Shown here piece after piece: positions 1-13,086 of a stretch of DNA of 64,000 nucleotides. The translations under genes and the position numbers were made by a program. The notes below the pieces were generated by a model. The model was given only the letters and a program-made list of their open reading frames with translations, had not been told where the DNA came from and searched no databases. How positions within the stretch are numbered: the first letter of the stretch is position 1; every line of letters begins with the position of its first letter. The stretch comes from Octopus sinensis (taxonomy: Eukaryota), in assembly GCF_006345805.1 (NCBI RefSeq), contig NC_043000.1, positions 806,001-870,000 of the forward strand, written 5' to 3'.

Positions 1-607
1 TACATAAATATATACCTATATATATGGATGTAGATATCCAAACACACACACATATATTCACACACACACACACAAACACACATATAACATGTGTGTGCGT
101 GTATGCGTGCGTGTGTGTTTACGTGTGATAAAAAAAAATTTCATTTAAATGAAGATGCTGTTCCTTTACTCACATTTGGCGAATATAGTTTTGGCCAGGA
201 TGATTTGATGTAGGCGAAATTAGCCTAATAACTGCACGTCTTCAAACATAAATTTACATTTTAAACTTAAGAAAATTCTTGCAGATTTTTATTTTTCCAC
301 TCATAGATTGTATTTGTAATGTGCTATTAGCTGGTTGATTTCTTTTCCTGAAAAATCATAGTTTATCTAGATTGTCACTTAAGCTTTTGCTCACAAAACC
401 GAGTTCACCAATTATTACTGGTATGAATGTGAATATGCAATCTAGACATAGAAGCTGGTTTCAATGCAGTTTTTCCTTAGTTATACTTTTTTATGTATGT
501 ATCTATATATGTATGTATGTATGTATATATGTATCTATGTATGTAGGTAGGTAGGTAGGTAGGTAGGTAGGTAGGTAGGTAGGTAAGTAGGTAGGTAGGT
601 AGGTAGG

Positions 608-638
<31 letters not shown>

Positions 639-670
639 ATATGTATGTATGTGTGTCTGTACGCAAGCAT

Positions 671-3110
671 GTTAGTTAGTTAGTTAGTTAGTTAGTTAAT
701 TGGCTCAAAAGCAAATAGCAAGGCCATGTAGGGGGACATGGAGTTAAGTACAGGGTGGTGTTCATGTAAGGAGTTCAGGCCACTTGAGGTCCAGGGAGGC
801 TTTGAACAAAGCGGTCGTCGGCATCTTCACCATCTCGTCTGGCAGCTTGTTCCACGGATCCGCAACCCGGACGGAGAAAGCTCCTCTCCTTCGATTGAGA
901 TGAAATCGTCGCAGGTAGAGCTTTTCGGAATGACCCCGCAGCCGACGCTCCGGAGCAGGAGTGAAGAACAGCTCTTTCGAGAGTTTACACTTCCCGCTTA
1001 TGATGTTGTGGGCGAGAATGAGATCACCACGGCGGCGGCGTTTTTCAAGAGAATAAAGGTCGAGCGTCCTCAGCCTTTCTTCGTAGGACAAATTTTTGAG
1101 ACCATGAACCATGCGGGTAGCCAGCCTCTGGACTCTTTCGAGATGCTGTATGTCTTTGAGGATAAGGAGAAGAGGCTTGAATCCCATACTCCAATATGGG
1201 TCTCACCAGCGTGACATAGAGTGGTAGGAATATGGCTGCTGTGAGCATTCCGAATGACCGTCGAATCAAAAACAGAATTCCGCGCGCTTTGTTGGCAGCA
1301 TGGACGCACTGGGCCGAAGGCGAAAAGGAGGAGTCTACCAAGATACCCAGGTCCTTTACCTGATCGGTCCTCTCCAGCAGCAGACGACCCGGCTCGAAAT
1401 CAAGTTGAGTTGCAGGAGTAGAGCCGACAGGCAGATGACAGCACTTTGACACGTTCAGACACAGGTCCCAATCGTTAGACCACTTCCAAATTTGGTGGAG
1501 GCATCGACGAAGATCCTCTATACTACCGCGAGGAGCGACCAGTTTGATATCGTCGGCAAATAGAAGGGTGTGTTGCGTGAGGTCGTCGGGCAAGTCATTT
1601 ATGAAGACTAAGAACAACAAGGGCCCAAGCACTGAACCTTGAGGCACGCCACTGCTCGCACTGGAGACGTCGGACCGCGAACCATTAACTTGAACTTGGA
1701 AGGAGCGATCTGAGAGGAAGGCACCAACCCATCGTACAACATCCGGATGGAAACTATATGCTTGAAGCTTGACAAGTAGTAGGCGGTGTTTACCGAGTCA
1801 AAAGCTTTGGCAAGTCCAATAAAACGATGTCAACAGCATCACTATCATCGAGGATGCGCGTCACCAATTCTTCCATTACTAGTAAGTTGGTCAAGCATGA
1901 TCTCTTCGGCACGAAGCCGTGTTGGGAATCAATGATCGAGGCTGTGTTTAGGAGGTGGAGCATCATACTTTTCTTAAGGATGGTTTCGAACATCTTGCTG
2001 AGTATTGATGTAAGGGAAACCGGTCGTAGTTAAGCGGGTCTTCGCGGCTCCCTTTCTTGAAAATTGGGCAGATTATCGCTGTTCTCCAGTCTGCAGTATA
2101 ACACCCGTCGCCAATGACATATTGAATAGTCGTGTTAAGGGCTCGCAGATGACCGGAGCCAACGCTTTGATAACCCGTGGGTGTATGCCGTCAGGGCCGT
2201 GACCCTTGTTGACATCGAGGCCTTGAATAACACGTTTGACTTCGTCCCGCGTGATGACCAATCGAAGCATTGGAGGTACCGATCTATCAAATGGAGGGGG
2301 TTCACGACCATCGTCTTGTTTGAAAATAGTTGAAAAAGCCTCGGCAAATAATTGACTCTGTTGTTAAGAGTCCTCAATCGATACGCCTGTTGAGTCTACC
2401 AACGTTGCAATCTGGTTGTTCAAGCGGGAATTCCGCTGGACATGGGCAAAGAAGGTTTTCGGATTGCTACTGGCATTTGCCGCGATTTTGTATTCATAAC
2501 TGAAGCGTTCTTTCTTTTCAATTTTCACGGCTCGATCTCGTTGAGTTTTGTACACCTCAAAAGCTGCAGTCGAATCCAGATTTTTGAATTCAGCCCAAGC
2601 AATATCTCTGAGTCGACGTTCTCGTTTAACCTTCTTCGTCACCCAGGGCTTGTGATTCTTCCTCTTGGGAAGCCCAACGGGAACTACCTGGTCAGTCAAA
2701 CAGATTACATATGCTTTGAGGGATGACCATAGTTCGTCAACTGAGGACAACGTCATCAGGGATCGCCAGTCCAGAAGCGCGGAAGCCTCGGTTAGAATTT
2801 TAAGATTAATTGCAGAGAAGACTCTACGTGGCAGCGAAGTAATCGTGGGCGTAGAAAAAGTTGTGTGCATGACGAACTTCAGGACCGCATGATCACTCTT
2901 GGCAAGAGGGGCGCACACAGATACGTCTGACACTGATCTTGGATAGCGGGAGAATACCAGATCTAGCATAGATGGCTGCTGCCCAGACCGATGCCTTGTC
3001 GGATATTCAACATGTTGCGATAGAAAACAATCTTCAGCCACGTCAAGAAGGGCCTGGCCGAACCGGGAAGATGTTGTACAAATTGATGCGGGCCAATCGA
3101 TCGTGGCAAT
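671..3110 (-). mobile_element. 5'-truncated CR1/L2-group LINE (end of APE endonuclease, RT, 3' UTR, (TAAC)n tail), frameshifted
   Basis: Minus-strand ORF pieces: IDW...FLSQHVEYPTR...LDLVF...SDH (APE); GPDGIHP, QHGFVPKRSCLTNL, PQGSVLGPLLFLVFINDL, FADD (RT); LYSLEKRRRRGDLI (C-terminus). Tail gttagttag at 671-698. Confidence 0.95.
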
Positions 3111-3367
3111 ATATGTATAGACGCGCCTTACCTGATGTTGAACGAATGAGACAGGAGTGCTCAATACATGATGTAGAAGATATGGGTTTTTTATTGAAAC
3201 AGAAACTCGAGTGTGATATAAATTACCAAGTATAGTTTCAATAAAATGTGTGTGTATATATACACACACGCACAAATATATATTATATTAAATTATATAT
3301 ATATGAGACATTTATATAATACATATATATTTTATGTCCCCCACTCTCTCTCTCTCTCTCTCTCTCT

Positions 3368-3408
<41 letters not shown>

Positions 3409-3454
3409 CATATACACATATATATATATACATACATACATACATATATATATA

Positions 3455-3492
<38 letters not shown>

Positions 3493-3540
3493 TATATATA
3501 CAAACGTATATATATGTGGCGGGGGTACTTACACGCTCTA

Positions 3541-3802
3541 TATACAGAATTATCATTTCAGAACTGTAATATAGTCAAGTGAAATTACCACCAGTCGATT
3601 TCAGCCAAGGTCAAACGTCCCCGAAATTAGACCCTGCAATCCTCAATTTTATTCGGCAATTTTAGTTGGCTAGAGATTTTTGGCAAAATATCTGATGCTG
3701 GCAGCACCTAGTTTGTTAATTTTGGTTAAGTATGACCTTGGATAAAAATCGCTGGGTAATTTTGCATAGGCGTATTGTGGTTTCAAATTGATAATTCTAT
3801 AT
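3541..3802. mobile_element. Degenerate MITE-like inverted repeat
   Basis: agaattatcattt...aaattacc...gattt...ccaaggtca at the left end is mirrored by tgaccttgg...aaaatcg...ggtaatttt...tgataattct at the right end. Confidence 0.55.
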
Positions 3803-4015
3803 TCAGGTTTCAGCCATCGTATTATTTATTTCGCGGATGTTTTCTTCTGAATTATGAACCCTATGTGTGCAATTACATACGTGAATGTGTGAGTGTGTAT
3901 GTATATATATATATATATATATGCATATACATATACATATACATACAATGATATCATAATAGTAATTATTATATTTATTATCCTACTATTATTATTATCA
4001 TTATTATTATTATTA

Positions 4016-4062
<47 letters not shown>

Positions 4063-4108
4063 GTTGTTGGTGTTATTAATATTATCATTATTATTATTAT
4101 ATTTATTG

Positions 4109-4296
4109 TGGAGGCGCGTGGCTTAGTGGTTAGGGTTTCAGCATCGTGATCGTAAGATTGTGGTTTCGATTCCTGGACCAGGCGACGCGTTGCGTTCTTG
4201 AGCAAAACACTTCATTTCACGTTGCTCCAGTCCACTCAGATGGCAAAAATGAATAACGCTGCAATGGACTGGCGTCCCGTCCAACTGGGGAACACA
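4109..4296 (+). mobile_element. tRNA-derived SINE, family A
   Basis: A box tggcttagtggttag, B box gtttcgattcc, central ttcttgagcaaaacact...gctccagtccactcag domain shared with other copies. Confidence 0.85.
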
Positions 4297-4347
4297 CATA
4301 TATATATATATATACGAATATATATGTATATACACACACGCAATCAA

Positions 4348-4388
<41 letters not shown>

Positions 4389-4830
4389 CTAGCAGCATAG
4401 CCCGGCGTTGCCCGGGTATGTAAGAGCCCCTAGTAGGCAACGACTAATCCCAATCTAGTCCTTTCCCTCTAGGGAACGAAGGCGCATGTGTAGGTTGCAA
4501 TGTCTTCTCTTCACTCCCAAATAACTATCAAACAGCTATCGATAATTCAACCCAACCAATTCCCACCAGGAAGAAATTACATTCGAGACTTTACCCCCAA
4601 CACCGCCACTTCTGCTAATAGCTCCTGCAGCCGCAAGTTATTCGAATACTTTTTTTGTTTAAACTTTCTTTATAACTACCACCCCAAAAGTTTTACTTTA
4701 AATTTTTGACGTACCCTAAGGGTCCTCCGACGCTACTTGCAAAATCTTGGTTTATTATAAACCGCTTTTGTCGTGTGCACCAAAAAACCTTTTCCATTCG
4801 TTTGTTCAGTTTGGTCACTTTTGACTTTTT
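4389..4830 (-). mobile_element. Helitron-type 3' terminus (hairpin plus CTAG); 5' extent uncertain
   Basis: Minus strand reads CCCGG-GCAACG-CCGGG hairpin (4401-4416), 8 nt, then CTAG followed by T. This is the canonical Helitron 3' end. Confidence 0.7.
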
Positions 4831-4901
4831 CGTTGTTGACTTTTATGTATATATGTGTGAGTGTGTATACATATAAATGAATATATATGTATGTATATAT
4901 G

Positions 4902-4969
<68 letters not shown>

Positions 4970-5319
4970 GTTGGGTAAGACATAATTATCTAATTTTTAT
5001 GCTTTCCTAAGACTTAATTTCGAAACGTACGTCCGTAGGTGACTTAATATAGAATGATTGTCGTCATTTCTTTCTCTTTTGCCTGCTTTTGCCTTTTAAG
5101 TGCTGTGGTTTTACTGAGATCTCCCTTTTAAGTAGAAAGAATAGCCATAACTCTTTGACTGCTATTTCTAAACTCGGTGTTTGGTGAGGCAAATCGTTGC
5201 TAAACCCTTAATTACTTAGTATTACTTAAACTTTCCTCGAATGGGGCTTTTACATGCCGAAATCTACTTAGTGAAATTAATGATTATTCCAAATTAATTA
5301 ATTTCACCCTATATTATTA

Positions 5320-5356
<37 letters not shown>

Positions 5357-5927
5357 TTGTATTTATATGTATATAAATAGTGCATCTGGAAGCGAGATAA
5401 TGATAGTGGTGACGAGGTGTCAGGGCGTACATAAGAGTACATGACAGTAGGAAAATGTGGGGACAGAATACAAGAGTTTGCAAGACTGTGGGGTGAATGA
5501 GAAATAGTTTAATATGTCAATACGAATGAATTAGCGAACGGTGAACAATTGTGGAGAGATGTTTGAATGAAAAACACTATAATGTGAAGTGAGCAATATT
5601 TCGAGTTAAAAAACCTTTATCAAGAAAAACTGGAAATTATAATTAGCTCTGATCCAAACCAATATTGCAAGGTAAAAGAGTGGGATTCGCGATATGTGCA
5701 GATTAGTAATGTTAAATAAGATAATTAGTATATTGCAGCTCTTTCAGTTGAGATAGGTTTTAAATTTTTGTAATAAAATAGCGTTTTTAGTTTCTCAAAT
5801 TTCCTGTAATCTGCTACCTGGCTTTGGTCATGATATACTGGTTACGGCATTTTAAAAATGTTTTTTTTTAATGAAACGAGGCTTATGTCAACCAGCTCCT
5901 TTAATGACTGCGTAGTCTGTGTACTGC

Positions 5928-6132
5928 GAAAGCGCATGGCTCCGTGGTTAGAGCGTCGAGCTTACAATCGTGAGGTTGTGAGTTCGATTCCCGGACCGGG
6001 CTGCGTGTTGTGTTCTTGAGCAAGACATTTTATTTCACGTTGCTCCAGTCCACTCAGCTGTGGAAATGAGTTGCGACATCACTGGTGCCAAGCTGCATCG
6101 GCCTTTGCCTTTTCCTTGGATAACATCAGTGG
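5928..6132 (+). mobile_element. tRNA-derived SINE, family A (partial)
   Basis: Near-identical head and body to 16216-16555 and 25562-25897. Confidence 0.85.
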
Positions 6133-6642
6133 TAAATAACATCAAAGGTAGATAATTATTACCTTTGGGGGTTTTATTCCCATGCTGGCCACTTGATAAG
6201 TTTGATAATTAAATTAACGATTTTATCCTTATTTATATAAATTTATATTTATTTCGTCATTATATTTACTGTGGTTGATATTTTGACTATATCGCACGAG
6301 GAGTTTTAAGCGGGCAATTTAAACTGGTCGTGTGCATACGTGCATATATTTTTATATATACGTTCGTATATGTAAGTATTCTTATGTTATATGTATACAT
6401 ATATGTGTATTTATGTTTCTATCTATATATATTCCACTGATGAGGCAAAGCATTTCTTATGCAAAGTTAGAAATCTGGGATCTGGAATTATCCAGTAATT
6501 TTTTACTAGTTCCTCTTGTCCTTTTGTCTTCTCTCCTGGTGCTGTATGAACATTTAATGTAGTTTTAGAGTCAAGTTTTGGTTGCTATTTCGAGCGTGGA
6601 GGTATCTCTTAGATACCCTAAATTATAAAGATAATATAAATA

Positions 6643-6687
<45 letters not shown>

Positions 6688-7494
6688 TTATACACTTTTG
6701 CAGACGGAGTTTATGTAAATATATATGGTAATTTGTGAGACGTTCAGACAACTGTAAGTGCAAAATCTCATCACTCTTGAACTAGATGCCTATTTGAAGT
6801 GCAATTTATTTGGGAAAACAATTACGTTTATGTATAAATACATGAAAGTATTACCAGTGAAAAAACACATATGTGAGGAATGAAATCTAGGATATCCTCC
6901 GATAATTAGAATGTCAATGTAAAAGTGTGTACAAGGATAGGTATATTGAGATGTAGAGAAAACGGGAAAATATATGTATACGTTTACATACAAAAATGCT
7001 TAAGCGAAATATTAAAATTATCTGCACATATAACAAAAATAAGTGCGTATGCATATGTATGTACGCTTACTTGTATACATATATGCATATATGCTTGTAT
7101 GGATACATACATGTGTATGTGTTTGTGTGTGTGTGTGTGTGAGTGCAGACATCGCACAAGCAAGTCAATGTCCTACTAAGTGCTGGTTGTATGTAAACAG
7201 CTTTATATCTATTGTCGTGGTAAAATAATGACCGATATAAAGCAAGGATAAAATTAATAAAAAAATATATATAAATATATCGATGAGTATTTGAGAAGCA
7301 AAGAACGAGAAAATGAGGGATCGGAAATGTGTTAAAAGAAAAACATTGAAACAAATTGACATCAGCAGCAATTATACTAACTACATTAAGCAACGAAAGA
7401 TCCTATCAAGCCAACGATGGAATCACTTCTACTAATACAACTACTAAAAAGCAACAACTACTCATATGACTACATATACTAATAATGTTTTTCA

Positions 7495-7675
7495 TATTCT
7501 GGCACAAGGCCAGCAATTTCGTGGAAAGACGTAAGGGGATTACATTGATCTTATCCGAAAGGATGCGAAGCAAAATCGATCGCGACGAAACTTGAACTCA
7601 GAACGTATAGACGGACAACGTATTGCTAAGGATTTTTGACCGGCACTCTAACGAATATGCTAGCTCATCGCCTTA
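7495..7675 (-). mobile_element. SINE family C, degenerate
   Basis: gaactcagaacgta.agacggac...gctaag motif shared with other family C copies. Confidence 0.65.
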
Positions 7676-7684
7676 TCAACAACA

Positions 7685-7709
7685 ACTTATAATAATGATA
7701 ATAATAATA

Positions 7710-7765
<56 letters not shown>

Positions 7766-7778
7766 TAATAATAATAAA

Positions 7779-7860
<82 letters not shown>

Positions 7861-8196
7861 GGGGATCATCATAGCCATGTGTTGAGAGGGATTCTTTGGG
7901 TTTGAATAATTCACCTCTGGAAACATGGGTGGTTCTTTCAACATCCTTAAACAACCCTTATTCAGGGACCTTTTGAGCGGGATGGGCTACTCAACATGAA
8001 GAAAATTCTAACTGGGCCCCACCTGCAAGGTCATGTGATGTTTATCTTGATATGAGATCACCATGTCGCGCACATATGGTTGTGATGCATGTGCCTGGTG
8101 TACCTTATCAGACGGGTAGTCATGATGGGTATATTGGGCTTCGTATATTTTACCCCAGTGTCACTTTGATGGCATGCACTGCTCTCTCACTCAATA

Positions 8197-8248
<52 letters not shown>

Positions 8249-8249
8249 G

Positions 8250-8342
<93 letters not shown>

Positions 8343-8358
8343 GTAGTAGTAATAATAA

Positions 8359-8417
<59 letters not shown>

Positions 8418-8418
8418 A

Positions 8419-8490
<72 letters not shown>
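7685..8490. repeat. (AAT)n/(GAT)/(AGT)n microsatellites flanking an inserted element
   Basis: Directly visible trinucleotide arrays at about 7685-7858 and 8193-8490. Confidence 0.95.
7859..8192 (+). mobile_element. (AAT)n-tailed non-coding retroposon family D, copy 1
   Basis: Homologous to 8511-9044, 20503-20802 and 39823-40253; all end ...gcactgctctctcactc-(AAT)n or a close variant. Confidence 0.85.
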
Positions 8491-8492
<2 letters not shown>

Positions 8493-8510
8493 ATAACAGT
8501 TGTCACGATG

Positions 8511-9044
8511 TAGTGGCTCTCGTGGCTTCTGATCTTAACTGATTGGAAGTATTATCATGTACATTATTTTGTCTTGGTATAAAAGATTGACTATATCAAA
8601 CATTCAGCTAAATACCACAGATTTGCTTACCAGCTGCTTGACCATAACCAGTTGAGCATGTCCCTTGGTGGCTGACGATATGTGCATCTCTGATCACGAG
8701 TAGAAGTAGTGGGGGCGCCTCATAGCCATATGTTGTGAGGAATTCTTGGAGGTTTGGATAATTCACCTTTGGAAACATGTATGATTTGCTCATCATCCTT
8801 AAATAAACTTTATTCAGGGACCTTTTGAGCGAGGCGGGCTACTCGACCTGAAGATAATTCTAACGGCCTCATCTGCAAGGTCATAGTGCTGTTCATCTTG
8901 ATATGAGATCGCCATGTCGCGCACATATGGTTGTGATGCATGTGTCTTGTGTACCCTTATCAGATGGGAAGTCACGATGGGTATACTGGACTTCGTATAT
9001 TTTACCCCAGTGTCACTTTGATGGCATGCACTGCTCTTTCACTC
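8511..9044 (+). mobile_element. Family D, copy 2 (longest)
   Basis: Same sequence as copy 1 with a longer 5' extent; (AAT)n tail. Confidence 0.85.
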
Positions 9045-9105
<61 letters not shown>

Positions 9106-10699
9106 GAAACGCCTTCTAATTCAGACACAAGGCTAATAATTATGAGAGTAGGGGATAGTCGATGCCATTGACTCAGTACTTGTCTCATACTTTATTTTAT
9201 CGAGCCCGGGACGTTGAAAGTTAAATTTGATCTGGATGGGATTTGAACTCAGACATTAAAAAATGCAAACGCCCGAACAAATATCACCAGGCATTTTGAC
9301 TAAAGCCACAACCGTAACAGATGAACGTTGTACCATCTTATATAGAAATTGGGAGACAAACATCTTGAACTGAAATAAAGCATATACAAAGTATTCAAGT
9401 ATGTGATAGACCCCGCAGAGCAGACGACCGCCTACTAGGACTGCTCAAATAAGAAACTACACACAACCAAAATCCTCCTGACAACTAAGGTCTACTACTC
9501 TTACCCAAATGTCATTCTCAAATCTAGAGGCAAAGGGCACAGGCTGAGAGCAAAACCATTGATACGTGTCATATTGCTGAAGTCACCCCCTTTTAAACAA
9601 ATTTACTAAGAGGAGCACCTCTGACTCCACCAACCTCTCCTTTCCAAATGGAATTTGAAAAAAATTCGATGAGGTTTTAGCCGTAGAAGAAAGTATCTTC
9701 CTTCACTCCTTCCCATCTCTCCTATCATACAACTCCTTTCGCCATAGCCACCAAAATAATACTATGACCGTTATCTGCACACTGTTACTGCTATTATTAC
9801 AATAAAAACAATAACAATCAATTAAATTACTGTTACTGTTGTTGTTGCTGCAGCTAAAGTAACAGCACTAAGAATAATAAATGTTACTACTATTACTATT
9901 AGTAATGATGACGATGATGAGGATCATGATGAGGATCATGATAATAATGATGGTAGTGGTGGTGGTGGTGGTGGTGGTGGTGGTGGTGACGACGATGATG
10001 TTGATTGTGGGTTCGATGGTCGTCGTCGCGATGATGATGATGATGGCGGTGGTGGTGGTGGTGCTGCTGGTGCTGGTGATGATGATGATGCTGATGATGA
10101 TGAAGATGATGATTATGAATGATGATGATGATGAGGAGGAGGAGAAGGGGATGAGGAGGAGGAGGATAATGTTGATGATGATATAAGTCAGTTAAGCGAT
10201 TTTGCATTCGCTTGCATTCATATAATAGAAAAATGCGAGAGCAGAAGTAAACAACGAACGACTACAAAAGATAAAAGTCCCTGACTGTGAATGGGCGAGT
10301 GCAAGCATATGGACTGTATACTACAAAGTCTACTTAGTGAAAGTGAGGTAACCCAGAGGACAATTGATAATATTTCTGAATAAAAAAGGGAGAAAAAATA
10401 CATCATATATAAATTAATGAAAGAAGAACGGCAAGAAATAATAGAACGTTTTAATAAAAAAATAAATGTGCGCCTTAAATAATGAATTAATAACGTATAA
10501 CATTAACTAAAAACAGTTCATTTAACACTATTACGCTTCTGAGAGCAATTCGTAAATATTATATACGGAAATACACTCTAACATAAAAATAGAGACAACC
10601 CGCTGCTGAAAAATTTGAAGTATTTTGGAAATTGTTATATTTCGGTAATTTTCTTTTCTTTCTTTTTTTTTTTTGCCAAATAAACACATGCACTATATA

Positions 10700-10905
10700 T
10701 TCGTTATTCTATCGATCCCTTTTGCCGAACTGCTAAGTTACGGGGACGTAAACACACCAACATCGGTTGTCGGGTGATGGTGGGGGAAAACAGACACATA
10801 AATATATACATACACATATATATACATTATTAATTATATACATATATATAACTCTGTTTGTATGTATGTATGAATATTTGCATGTATATATATATATATA
10901 TGTGC

Positions 10906-10937
<32 letters not shown>

Positions 10938-11298
10938 TATATATATATATAATATATATATATATTATATATATATATATACAGCGGGCTTCTTTCAGTT
11001 TCCGTCAACAAAATCCACTTACAAGGCTTTTGGTCTGTCTGGGACTATAGAAGAAGACATTTGCCTAAGGTGTCACGCAGTGGGACTGAACACGGGATTA
11101 TGTATTTGGAAAGCAAGCCTCTTATTTCTTTATTGCCCACAAGGAGCTACACATACAGGGGACAAACAAGGACAGACAAAGGGGTTAAGTCGATTACATC
11201 GACCCCAGTGCGTAACTGGTACTTAATTTACCGACCCCGAAAGGATGAAAGGCAAAGTCGACCTCAGCGGAATTTGAACTAAGAACGTAACGGCAGAC
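10700..11298 (-). mobile_element. Adjacent SINEs: family B (about 10700-11120) and family C (about 11122-11298)
   Basis: Reverse complements of 39320-39720 and 52235-52468. Confidence 0.8.
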
Positions 11299-13024
11299 AT
11301 GATGGCGAACATTCAACAAAACAACAAGAACGGAATAAATGCAGCGGACTTCTTAAGCAAGCGTAACATTAAGACTTGCAAGCTCCGACACCACAAGAAT
11401 ACCTGCTTAAATATTCCCAGAAGACACAACAGCTGATTCTCCTTTCACTGCTGCCTTACAGATGACAAATTGAAAAGAATGTAATTTCAGTATTCTTGTA
11501 AGAGGATGGAGGGCAAAATATCTTCCACCATCTTCACTTGTATGATAATCTTAAACGGTAACTGCAAATGGCTTCCAGGTTGAGTCCCATCAGTACTTAA
11601 AATGGTTTAGCAAGAATATTCAGATGTTTATTAGACTGAAAAACACAAGACGTCAACACAACGTAAAAGACTGGCATCTCGAATAAGGGATTTAGAATTC
11701 CTGGGAGGTACAAAGTACAAGACCATGACATTTCCAAAGGTACCGTCAAAACTGGGTGTACTAATCGAACAAACATAAAGAACAACTGAAAAGACACGTC
11801 TCTAACTGACCAATACTTCTGCAAATTATATTTCATAGGAATAATTAAGAAAAATAACCTAACCCTGGCTTGGACGACAAACTCCAGCCCATATTTCTAG
11901 CAGATCCTAAGGTAACAAGCAGACAGAAACGTTAGCACACTGAGAAAAATGCTCAACGTATTTTGCCTGTCTTTACGTTCTGAATTAAAATTCCGCCGAT
12001 GTTGGATTTTCCTTTCACCTTTTCGTGGTCGATAAACTAATTATCAGTTAAACACTGAGATTACGGTAACCGAGTTCCACACTTGTCAAATTTGCTGGTT
12101 TCGTGCCAAAATAAGAAAAGAATATTTCTAGAAGGTCCATCAGTCACGTTGAGCTTCCTTCTGCGTTTCAATAGGCTAGGTTCCTAGTTTTTGGTGTTAA
12201 TATGTGAAAAGGTTGTGCGCATTCTACAATTATTATCTGTGCAGGAGGTTTTTCTAACCGAGCCGGACTCACATAATAATGACTTGATGGATCTCTCTGT
12301 TTTGTTTTGTTTTCTGCTGCATTACTAAAATACTATACAGAAGTGCAATGGATGAATAAACAATGCAGAAATTAAAATTCTTTCTGCACATCTAAAACAT
12401 TCAACAACATGACAGGTTACAGAGACAGTTTACATAGAAGACAATTTTGATCCCACACACAGTCACTAGAAAGAGTAAGTGTAGTGACAGTACCTCTACA
12501 ACAAGCTCCCAATGCAGTTACTACGATAGTACAAGAATAAAGATAAAATTAAAGTAATGTTAACTACCATGCTCACTAACAAACATACATGTAAAGACTC
12601 ACACTCGCATACAGGCACACAACCTTTAAACTGCATATACAAACGTCCACACATGCTTTCTTATATTGACACAAGCAAAAGCAAAAACAAGTAAAATAAA
12701 AACAGTGAAAGTAAAAAAAACAGGCTTGACAGCATATGGATGACGCTTGGCAACAGGACATATAACAGAGAATGAGTACTATAGCTGTGTATTTATGTGT
12801 GTATGAATTTGTGTGTGTGTGTGTGTGAGTGTAAGTGAGTGTGTTCGTGTTGGCAGTAGGATACATTCAGAGTACAACAGTATCGGTTTCAACACACGAT
12901 TTCTGATGAATAATATTCTTACTAAAATATTTAAAATGATACACACACGCACGCACGCACGCACGCAGACGCAGACACACACACACACACTCATATATAT
13001 ATAATAGGAAATTTAGACAAATAC

Positions 13025-13086
<62 letters not shown>

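Noticed and set aside
738-1214. 158-aa + strand ORF (also 46839-47219)
   Set aside because: Antisense shadow of the LINE RT C-terminus.
6704-6727. Possible ATG-terminated exon 1 (ttttgcag...ATG|gtaatt)
   Set aside because: The phase fits calmodulin exon 1, but the signal is too short to distinguish from chance in AT-rich DNA.
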